DNA of 64,000 nucleotides from contig JASANG010003130.1 of assembly GCA_030248215.1 (NCBI GenBank), forward strand, positions 186,001 through 250,000, given 5' to 3'. The position numbers and the translations under genes were made by a program. Positions 53,761-64,000 of the stretch are shown piece by piece. Positions within the stretch are counted from its first letter, which is position 1; every line of letters starts with the position of its first letter. This DNA comes from Enoplolaimus lenunculus. Lineage: Eukaryota. The notes beneath the pieces were generated by a model. The model was not told where the DNA came from, searched no databases, and was given only the letters and a program-made list of their open reading frames with translations.

Positions 53761-54529
53761 GCAGCGCGGACTAATAAACAGTAGGTCATGAGATCAAAAC
53801 CTCGTAAGATCGTCCCTCATTTTTTGCTGTAAGAACTCAGAACTAAAAACCTTTGTACCCAAGCCTACCCAACTTATCACACAGTAAACATCCGCCGTAC
53901 CCCTGGTCCGGAATTGGATAGGGGAAATTTCCCGGACCAGCATTTGATTACGAAGAGAAAAAATCCCTGGACCACAATTTAATTCAAGAAATTTCTGGGT
54001 CCACGCCCCCTCTGCATTTTGATTTGCTACAACTCTACCTATTACGATTAAGCTGCAACTCTGCCTTTAACGCTTCACACATTGCCAAAATATGCACTTA
54101 AATGTCGACCACAGGTCAGTAATGCTGTACCTACACAACTTCTACGTCCGTATTTTTCGGTATACAACTGTACCCAAAATCTAGTTAATGAAGCAAATGG
54201 CCTGCACATAATTCCAAGAAATAAGACTTAAACAGGGTATATGCAATTCGTCTTGGCTGTATACTCGTACATAAGCGCGATCTGACCTGGGTATAAACTG
54301 ACGAACATCGCATATGACACCTAGCTAAGTGTTTCTTAGCTTTCTTTGGTTCCACTAAAACACAAAGGTATCAATCTTAAACACTGCAGTAGCTCCGGAA
54401 CCTGTGTCAAGTGGTATATATTTTGTATAGTTTTTCGACAAAAAAATTTTTTGTCAATGGAGGAATTTAGAACCTTTATGACATTCGAGTTTTGTCTGTG
54501 GACCCGATATAAAGAGCTTGAATTTTAAC

Positions 54530-57500
54530 TAGTGATGGGCACCGGATACTTTTTCATATCCGGATATCCGGCAATTTTTGCAGGACATTTATCCAGATAT
54601 CCGGATATCCGGATATCAGAAACGAAATATTCCATTTCGGATATCCGAAACTCGATTTTGTGTTTTTTGAGTTTCCGAACCTCAATTTTCGTTTCTTAAG
54701 CACTTCTTTTAACTTGTTGCTCTAAAGGAACAACCCTGACCCTCAAGCAAATTGATATGAGCATAAAAGATACAATTCCAAAAATCGGTATTTATTATGC
54801 CAGTACTGTAGTGACCCGAATAAGAGGGGGTACCCATTTTGAGTCCCAATCAATAGGAGTCTGTATCCCTAATAAGAGTCCGCAAGCGCATAAAGTCCCT
54901 AAACCCTAATTAGAGTCCATAAATGTCAATTATTCCTAATTGTAGGCACATAAATTACTCCAGAATTTAATAAAGGTGAGTTCAAAACTTTGAAGCATAC
55001 TTAAGTTTTCAAAGTACGTTCCTAATACTAACCTTGCATTATGGCTAAAGCTTGATTTTAGGGTTTCGGGATTTGGTCGAAGCTGGGATTTTAGGATTTC
55101 GGGATTTGGGGATATGGTCGGTGGGATTTTGGGATTTTAGGATTTCGGGATGAGGTCGATGGTGGCCGGAACAGTAGTATAAGCATATTCCTAAGCCTAA
55201 AGCCTAAGCATAAGCCTAAGCCTAAGCATAAGCGTATGGATGAGCCTATTCCTAAACCTAAGCCTAAGCCTAAGCCTAAACAAAAAATAGTCTAAACCTT
55301 AAACTGAGTCTATTATAGCCCCTCCGGAAAACGATCCTGCCCTGTCCTATACACGGGACCCAAAGATTTAGCCCGTAATAGTCATTTATGATTTAAACTA
55401 CGTTTAAACCAATTTCTGAAGCCTCAACGTCCTAAAACTATGCCTAAGTCGGCCCATGTATAGATCATGGGCTTCCACTTTTCCAGGGTGGAAAACTTAC
55501 GACCAGGAGTGCATCGCAGCCACTCCTGTATGACGACCTGATTTTTCACTGGTTGGTAGGAAAAATTGCGGGCATGGGTTTTGCTGTGGAAAAGTGGAAA
55601 ATTCATAAGCCTGCATATTCTCTAGTTCGGTAGGGAAAATCTGTAGTGTAAAGTTTGTTTGGAAAACGGGAAAAGTGGAAAATTTAAAAGCTTACATTAT
55701 TCCTGGGTTGGTAGGGAAAATTTAAAGCATAGGTTTTGGTTGGAAAACGGGAAAAGTGGAAAATTTAAACGCTTTGATTTTCCCTTGGTTGGTAGGAAAA
55801 ATCTGTAGTGTAAAAGTTTCTTTGGAAAACGGGAAAAGTGGAAATTTTAAAAGCTTACATTATTCCTGGGTTGGTAGGGAAAATTTGAAGCATAGGTTTT
55901 GGTTGGAAAACGGGAAAAGTGGAAAATTTAAACGCCTAGATTTTCCCTTGGTTGGTAGAGAAAATCTGCAGCATAGGTTTTGGTTGGAAAACGGGAAAAT
56001 TGGAAAATTTAAACGCCTAAATTTACCCTGGGTTGGTAGGAAAATTCTGAAGCATTGGTTTTGTTTTTAAAACGGGAAAAATGGAAAATTTCTACGTCTA
56101 GATTTCCCTTTGGTTGGAAGGGAAAATCTAAAGCATAGGTTTTGTTTGGAAAATGGGAAAAGTAGAAAATTCCAATGGAACGATTTAACAACACATAGCA
56201 GATAATTGCTAAAATTAACAAGTTAAATATCATTTCAACGACCTGATTTCACCTCACCTGCGGCATCATCTCCGGTTCCGGCTACTTTTGTTCACTTCCG
56301 GCTCCGGATCGGGCATTTTTCACCTCCGGTTGCATCCTACAAACTAACAGGCAATATATTTCGACACTGGTCAAAATAAGAAACCGCGGAGCGGAACAGT
56401 GCAATGAACAAAATCTACTTTACACAGTTAAACCTAAATGAGCAGAGCATTTACCCGAAATAATACATGACTATTAAATATATCAGATATGATAATCCCA
56501 GCACAAGATTGGTCAAAACAAGATACCACCGAGTGGCCCAGTATTATCAGAACATAAGTCTGTTAACAAAGTCGACGCTTTGAGTGACGCCTTAAGGTTG
56601 TAAAAAAGTTTTAATTTGTTTTAAAGACGTTGTTGGCTATGGCCGGAAAGCCGAGGAAACATAAATATATCAAATTTGGTCGTCGCTGACTTCCAACCCA
56701 GGGTAAATCTAGGCGTTTAAATTTTCCACTTTTCCCATTTTTCAACAAAAACCTATGCTTCATGTTTTCCCTACCAACCTAAGGTGAATCTAGGCCTTTA
56801 AATTTTCCACTTTTCCCGTTTTCAACCAAAACCTATGCTTCAGATTTTCTTTACCAAGCCAGGGTAAGTCTAGGCATTAAAATTTTAACCTTTACCGTTT
56901 TCCAACCAAAACCTATGCTTCAGATATTCCCCACCAACACAGGGTAAATCTAGGTATTGAAATTTTCCACTTTTCCCGTTTTCAAACCAAAACCTATGCT
57001 TCAGATTTTCCCTACCAACCTAAGGTAAATCTAGGTCTTTAAATTTTCCTCTTTTCCCATTTTCCAACCAAAACCTATGGTTCAGATTTTCCCTACCAAC
57101 CGAAGGTAAATCTAAGCCTTTAAATTTTCCACTTTTCCCGTTTTCCAACCAAAACCTATGCTTCAGATATTCCCCACCATGCAACCCAGGGTAAATCTAG
57201 GCATTGAAATTTTCCACTTTTCCCGTTTTCCAACCAAAACCTAAGCTTCAGATTTTCCCTACCAACCGAATGTAAATCTAGGCCTTTAAATTTTCCACTT
57301 TTCCCATTTTCCAACCAAAACCTATGCTTCATATTTTCCCTACCAACCTAAGGTAAATCTAGGCCTTTAAATTTTCCACTTTTCCCGTTTTCCAACCAAA
57401 ATCTACCTATACTTCAGATTTTCCCTACCAAGCCAGGGTAAATCTAAGCATTAAAATTTTCCACTTTTCCCGTTTTCCAACCAAAACCTATGCCTTACGC

Positions 57501-59920
57501 TTGAATTTTCCCCTTTTCCTGTTTTCCAACCGAAACCTTTGCTTCAGGTTTTCCCTACCAACCCAGTGAAAAAATCTAGGCATTAGAATTGTCCACTTTT
57601 CCCGTTTTCCAATCAAAACGTATGCTTCAGATTTTCCCTACCAACCCAGCGAAAAAATCCAGGCATTAGAATTTTCCACTTTTCCCGTTTTCCCACCAAA
57701 ACCTATGCTTCAGATTTTCCTTACCAACCCAGGGGAAAAATCTAGGCATTAGAATTTTCCACTTTTCCCGTTTTCCAACCATCGCTTTAGATTTCTCTTA
57801 CTAACCATGAAAGTATCTAGGCATTTCAATTTTCCACTTTTCCTGTATTCCAACCAAAACCTATGCTTCAAATTTTCCCTACCAACCCAGGGTAAAATAC
57901 TAGGCATTAGAATTTTCCACTTTTCCCGTTTTCCAACCAAAACCTATGCTTCAGATTTCCCTACCAACCCAGCGTAACAATCTAGGCATTAAAATTTTCC
58001 TCTTTTCACGTTTTCCAACCAAAACCTATGCCCTACGCTTGAATTTTCCACTTTTCCACTTTTCCCGCTTTTCAACCAAAACCTTTGCTTCAGATATTTC
58101 TTACTAACCAAGAAAATATTTAGGCATTTCAGTTTTCCACTTTTCCCGTTTTCCAACCAAAACCTATGCCCTACGCTTGAATTTTCCACTTTTCCACTTT
58201 TCCCGTTTTCCAACCATCGCTTTAGATTTCTCTTACTAACCAAGAAAGTATCTAGGCATTTCAATTTTCCACTTTTCCTGAATTCCAACCAAAACCTATG
58301 CTTCAAATTTTCCCTACCAACCCAGGGTAAAAATCTAGGCATTAGAATTTTCCGCTTTTCCCGTTTTCCAACCAAAACCTATGCTTCAGATTTTCCTTAC
58401 CAACCCAGGGGAAAAATCTAGGCATTAGAATTTTCCACTTTTCCCGTTTTCCAACCAAAACCTGTGCCCTACGCTTGAATTTTCCACTTTTCCACTTTTC
58501 CCGTTTTCCAACCATCGCTTTAGATTTCTCTTACTAACCAAGAAAGTATCTAGGCATTTCAATTTTCCACTTTTCCTGTATTCCAACCAAAACCTATGCT
58601 TCAAATTTTCCCTACCAACCCAGGGTAAAAATCTAGGCATTATAATTTTCCACTTTTCCCGTTTTCCAACCAAAACCTGTGCTTCAGATTTTCCCTACCA
58701 ACCCAGAATAAAATACTAGGCATTAGAATTTTCCAATTTTCCCGTTTTCCAACCAAAACCTATGCTTCAGATCTACCTACCAACCCAGCGTAACAATCTA
58801 GGCATTAAAATTTTCCACTTTTCCCGTTTTCCAACCAAAACCTATGCCCTACGCTTGAATTTTCCACTTTTCCACTTTTCCCGCTTTTCAACCAAAACCT
58901 TTGCTTCAGATATTTCTTACTAACCAAGAAAATATTTAGGCATTTCAGTTTTCCACTTTTCCCGTTTTGCAACCAAAACCTACGCTTCTGATTTTTTCCC
59001 CCCACCCCGGGAGAAACGCGAACCCCCCGTTTTGCAACCAAAACCTATGCTTCAGATTTTCCCTACCAATCCAGGGGAAAATCTAGGCATTAGAATTTTC
59101 CACTTTTCCCGTTTTGCAACCAAAACCTACGCTTCTGATTTTCCCTACCAACCCAGGGAAAAATTCTAGGCATTAGAATTTTACACTTTTCCCGCTTTCC
59201 AACCAAAACCTATGCTTCAGATTTTCCCTACCAATCCAGGGTGAAATCTAGGCCTTAAATTTTTTAATTTTCCTACCAAATCAGCGGAAAATTTAGCCGT
59301 CATACAGGAGTGGCTGCGCTGCACTCCTGGTTATAAGTTTTCCACCGTGTAAAGCTGGAAGCCCCTGTGCTATACATTGGGCCCTAAGTCTATGCCTAAG
59401 CCTGAGACATAGACTAAGTCAAAGCCAATGCCTAAGGCAAAGACACCTCTAAAATGTATATCTAAGCTTTACACCAGATGTTACGGATAAACATCTAAAA
59501 CCTAAACCTAAGCGGAGCGTGGAATATTCCTAAACCTAAATCTTGAGCCAAAGGGTTGCATAATCCTAAATCTAAGCCTAAGCCTAAGCCTAAGAAATCG
59601 ATTTCGATAAATTTAATTGAAATCGCAAAATCCCAACAAACCAAAATCCCAAAATCCTACCACAAACAAAAAGTATTAATTTTTTATTTGGGACGGTGGG
59701 ATTTTGGGACGGCACTCAACTATACATAGGCCGAGGTTTGGATGCAGATGTTTTTCGTCAGCTCCATCTACTTTGGTGGTGAAACCATGCAAATTATTCC
59801 AAAAAAATTTTTTGACAAAAGTATTTCGGGTATCCGGGTACACGTTTCATTTCGGATACATATCCGGTTATTTTTCATATCCGAATATCCAGATATCCGG
59901 ATATCCGGTGCCCATCTATA
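54530..59920. mobile_element. hAT-type MITE (TIR TAGTGATGGGCACCGGATA, 8-bp TSD ATTTTAAC) expanded to 5.4 kb by nested insertions
   Basis: Matching termini at 54530 and 59920 with identical 8-bp flanks (54522-54529, 59921-59928) and ggatatcc subterminal repeats at both ends. Confidence 0.8.
55451..59383. mobile_element. Foldback-type element: ~110-bp outer TIRs, two oppositely oriented arrays of an ~81-bp unit, ~500-bp spacer
   Basis: Ends ggcccatgtatag / ctatacattgggcc, flanking direct repeat (C)CTAAGTC; left array ~55550-56172, right array ~56690-59280 on the opposite strand. Confidence 0.8.
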
Positions 59921-60989
59921 ATTTTAACGTTGATGTCGAATCAACGTGGAACAATCCGTGTCCCATCTACCCCGGTTATAACAAATTCCGCATCTTGATT
60001 TAAGCGAGCTAAAGAAGTCCACACTTGTTTTTTGTAAGTGTATATTAAATCCCAAGACACGTTTGGATTTTTTGACATCAAAGCCTCTCAATCGCTGCAA
60101 CCTCGCGAGCAAAGCGAGGTTGAAACTAGACGTAATCGTGTGTTAAATCATACGGTGAAACCAACCTTTCAATTTTGAGCACCCTAACTTTGGACCCACT
60201 GTCGACGAAACCTGGTACGTGTACCGAACTAGTTGCATATGTAGTTTTACATTGAATCTCATGGCAAAGCTTCAATTCTGAAATCCATTTATATATTCAA
60301 ATGCTGCATTTTTCGCACTTTTCGGACATATAATGTGTCCTGGCGGGCATATACACACGAAAAACTGCTATCTTTATGTGACATGCACTATTTGTACTGC
60401 AATATCATACGATATTCGAAATATTGTCTGTCAGTATCATGTGACATGTTTGAAAATGTCTGCAAGGTTGACGTAAACTAACCTGAATGTCCTGTAGAAT
60501 ATCATATACTAACATTTAAAGTTTGAATTATTTGTACTTAGGAATTTATTTAGGCAGAACTTTCACCAGAAACAGAAAAATGGAAGCTTATTTAGTATTC
60601 GAAATCACTTACAGCTAAATTATCTGGCTTTTTGTTACATTATTCGTGCGCATAAGTAAATTACATTGTTCTGCATATCATATGATATTCCCATAAATGT
60701 CCCGCGGTATTATGTGACATATGGCTGTTTGTATACGATGATTTCTGGAGATGCGGGATTTGTATTTAAGCCAATATCGTGTGATATTCACATTTTGTCT
60801 ACAAACCGCTATACAGATCACAAAATTTTATGTTGACGTCGAATGAGCACGGGACAAAACGTGATCCGGGATGCCCCAGTTACAACGTGAACCCCACATT
60901 AGTTACATGTCGTCTAAACGTTATTTTATATCATATTAACCCTTTCTCACATGACTATTTTCTATTTCCCCTGAGACCTACCTACTTTT

Positions 60990-61056
60990 ATGCTAGGATT
61001 CGAACTCCAGTAACTAGAGTGGGAGGCGTATACCATCACCACTCAGCTATAGGAGC
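60990..61056 (-). pseudogene. tRNA-like sequence (SINE head or tRNA pseudogene)
   Basis: Minus strand has TAGCTGAGTGG (A box) and GAGTTCGAATCC (B box), but the acceptor stem does not pair. Confidence 0.5.
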
Positions 61057-61750
61057 TTGACGTTCGAGCCCGAGATGGCTCTCACGTCTTGTGGTGATTT
61101 AGTACTATGTATACGAGTAGCAATTGTTAAACACGGTGCGATATATATTACCTGAACTAGAACTTTTCAAAATTTGTAGTCAGTTAGACTTGCTTTAACA
61201 TTCATGTTAGATTTAATATATCAGCGGTCCGGTCAGTACATTATGAAACTAAAGTCGCACATTCGAGCTACCGTGTTGACTAGTAATAATATGAGTTACG
61301 CAATTGCAAATTTTAATTGGAACTGTGTTGCCAGAGAAATATTGTTACAGTTGAGTGGCACTCATCAACGCCGTGAGTAGGTATGGTAGTGATACGAACA
61401 AGAAAAAGGACCGATATTTATTTTGCCTCTCCACAGGGTACCCTCTCTCATTTGGTTACGGGCTGTTGTTTATCTTTACTTCATTCCATAGTTGAACTTA
61501 ACATCATTCTTTTGTATATTTTTGGACAGGACTCTTTGCTCCGAAAGATTTTTGTTGATTGCCAATTCCGTAAAGCGTTTCTGGATTTAATGAAGTATAT
61601 GAAGTATATGCTGGTTATCTGAGCTTAGCGTCTCGGACACACCTATATATTATTTCTTTAAACAGTTTTGGCCATTCTGCTTTGATCTCATTTTATTGAC
61701 TTTAATTAAAGGATTTATGGACTGTTTCCGCTATTAACGGACTGTAAATA

Positions 61751-62639
61751 CTGTAGGGACACGAATAAAAGAGGGACTGATATGTATTTAGCTTCTTCAA
61801 AGCGTACCACCCTGTTATTCGATCACGGACTCATTTATTTTGAACACATGCTCCGTAACCCTTCGTTACTGATGTATCCGGTACTGCAAGTATTTGTTGA
61901 ATTAAACGTTTATTTGTCTTGTGTCAATAGCTTGAGCGATAATGCAAGGTTACACTTAGGAATGTACTTTCAAAACTTAAGTACGCTTTAAAGTATCGAA
62001 GTCAATTTTATTGGGTACTGGAGTCATTTATGCGGTTTCAAATAGGGATAATTGACATTTATGGATTCTAATTATGGTTTAGGGACTCTATCCGCTTACG
62101 CACTCTTATTATGGATACGGACTCGTATTGCCTGGGACCCAAAATGGGGACCCACTCTTATTACCCCCTTTTAAGCGGGTCGCTACAGTATTGTAGTGAC
62201 CCGAATAAGATAGGGACTGATATTTATTTGGCCTCTCCAGAGGGTACCACCCTTGTTATTCGGTTACAGATTATTATTTATTTTTAGCACGCGCTCCGCC
62301 TCCCTTCATTACTGATATACCCGGTACTGCAATTATCCGTTGAATTAAACGTTTATTTGTCTTGTGTCAATAGCTTGAGCGATAATACAAGGTTATACTT
62401 TGGAATGTAAGTACTTTCCAAATTTAAGTACGTTTTAAAGTTTCGAACTCAAATTATTTGATCCTGGAGTCATTTATGCGCTACAATTAAGATTATTTGA
62501 CATTTATGGACTCTAAGTAGGGTTTAGGGATTCTATGCGCTTACGGCCTCTTAATAGGGATACGGACTTTAATTGATTCGGACTCAAAATGGGGACCCCC
62601 CTCTTATTACCCCTCCCCCTCTTATTCGGGTCAATACAG
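61751..62639. mobile_element. Two adjacent Tc1/mariner-type MITE copies sharing a TA
   Basis: ...cgctacag TA ttgtagtgacc...; both copies match the 24198-24630 family. Confidence 0.8.
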
Positions 62640-63208
62640 TAGGTATGCAGACTCGTATTGATTGGGTCACAAAATGAATTGGGACCGTCTCTTATTACCC
62701 TCATCTTATTAGGGGCATACGCGTAACCTCCGAGGGGTCTGGGAAATCCGGCCATTTCACCCCCTCACTTTTGTGTAGTGAGTCCAACAACTATGTGAAT
62801 TCCATCATTTTGAGTTGAAAAGTAATTTTACAGCTTTAAAATAATGTGTTATTCCAACGAATTTATTGAAATTTGTTGAATTTGGCGTTTACAAACGAAA
62901 AATTTTGCATGCGATGCAAAGTGCACGATACCAATATATACCTATGGGTGGTGACATGACCACACGCCGTTGTGGACATCTTCATTCTGCACTGACCACA
63001 TTGTCAGGGACTCCGGGCTCTATGACATCAATCAGTAAACAAAAAATTTGCAAAGTTTTCAAATATAAAAAGCGCTACCTAAGTACAATCACTCGACTAT
63101 TTAGTGGCTGACGTTCAAGACCAAGAGGGCTCAAATCATGTGGAATTTTTTTCTGTGATATTACGCGTTAAAATTGTTACACCCTGCGCATCATGTATCA
63201 TTTCTTTG

Positions 63209-63391
63209 AGCCAATGTATTGAACAGGGTCGGAACGCTTTCCTGTGGGGCTGTAAGAGTCAGGTTAATTTTTAGACTAACTTTTTTGCTTAGGCTTAGGC
63301 TTAGGCTTAGGAATAGGCTCATCCTTACGCTTAGGCTTAAGCTTAGGAATATACTCATACTACTGTTCCGGCCCTGTTCTATACATGAGCC
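63209..63391. mobile_element. Merlin-like MITE with TTAGGC repeats, 8-bp TSD TTTCTTTG
   Basis: Perfect TSD 63201-63208 / 63392-63399; TIR matches 27877-28029. Confidence 0.8.
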
Positions 63392-63609
63392 TTTCTTTGC
63401 GTACACAAGTAACGGTTTAGCGTTGCTTCTGTTATCATCCTATCTACAACAATCTATATTGCAGCCTATGTATATGTAAAGAAAGGTAATAATTCAGTTT
63501 TTTAAAACCCATGGTATAACAGCCGTTTATTATTAAGTCAAATTTTGTTTTCAATCGCGTCAATTTATCCTGTCCCTTGTCGAATCATTTTGCCAGCAGT
63601 TCAAAATAA

Positions 63610-63936
63610 CTAATAATCGTCAAAATGTGTCGATGGATTGGTTCCAATAAAGAATCGTTTTACGCCCCGCTTAGCGTGTAAATCGCTTCGAGATGGACCA
63701 CCGTACTTTCCGCCCAAAAATAACATGGTTGGCTGAAATCCGATGGCTCCAACGCCGCGTTTGCCCCAACCTTTCGAATGATCGTACCAGACTACGTCGT
63801 CGTCCCAGTTTGGCGACGATTTCGCCCGTTGCGCTTCAGCTCGAGTTCCTGGAATGCCGTTTACTAAAACCGTTGTACAGATCACAACCGCAGATATCAG
63901 CATAAACTGAGATTCAATGGCTTTAAGTATGTTCAT
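63610..63936 (-). CDS. Probable neuropeptide/peptide-hormone precursor, 108 aa
   Basis: AAAATG start; hydrophobic signal-peptide-like N-terminus ending V-N-G; a GKR amidation/cleavage site after WYDHSKGW; two further KR sites and a GK; GC content above the flanks. Confidence 0.75.
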   Translation of the reverse strand: MNILKAIESQFMLISAVVICTTVLVNGIPGTRAEAQRAKSSPNWDDDVVWYDHSKGWGKRGVGAIGFQPTMLFLGGKYGGPSRSDLHAKRGVKRFFIGTNPSTHFDDY

Positions 63937-64000
63937 TTTAAAACTAATTAATAGCTCGGTCGGTGAAGTTATCTGTAATAATAGTAATTATAATAACAAT

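Noticed and set aside
55756..59041. Repetitive ORFs (WLENGKSGK...)
   Set aside because: Translations of the ~81-bp satellite with frequent frame breaks.

Overview
AT-rich genomic DNA from a eukaryote, most likely an invertebrate animal (spliceosomal GT-AG introns, dense MITEs and satellites); the species cannot be determined from the sequence. (1) A very large minus-strand gene missed by the ORF track: a single exon of at least 11.5 kb (11497 to beyond the left edge, >=3,832 codons, acidic/low-complexity, with an 18-aa Trp repeat), preceded by a chain of short phase-compatible exons reaching about 38 kb. (2) In an intron of that gene, a 6,060-bp element (30506-36565) with ~0.9-1.0 kb terminal inverted repeats, AGTAGT...ACTACT ends and a 6-bp TATATA target duplication. 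These are Polinton/Maverick hallmarks, but no core Polinton genes are visible, only a small spliced basic/polyQ candidate gene. (3) A five-exon thioredoxin gene with an atypical WCGAC active site (41405-45566, +), with a 9-bp satellite in intron 3. (4) A probable neuropeptide precursor (63610-63936, -) predicted to release a W-X6-W-amide peptide (WYDHSKGW-GKR). (5) Many non-autonomous DNA transposons (hAT-, Harbinger-, Tc1/mariner- and Merlin-like by TIR/TSD), a nested transposon stack containing a foldback element built from ~81-bp repeats, TTAGGC-type repeats carried inside MITEs, and tRNA-derived SINE-like repeats. All gene models are manual readings without transcript or homology data.
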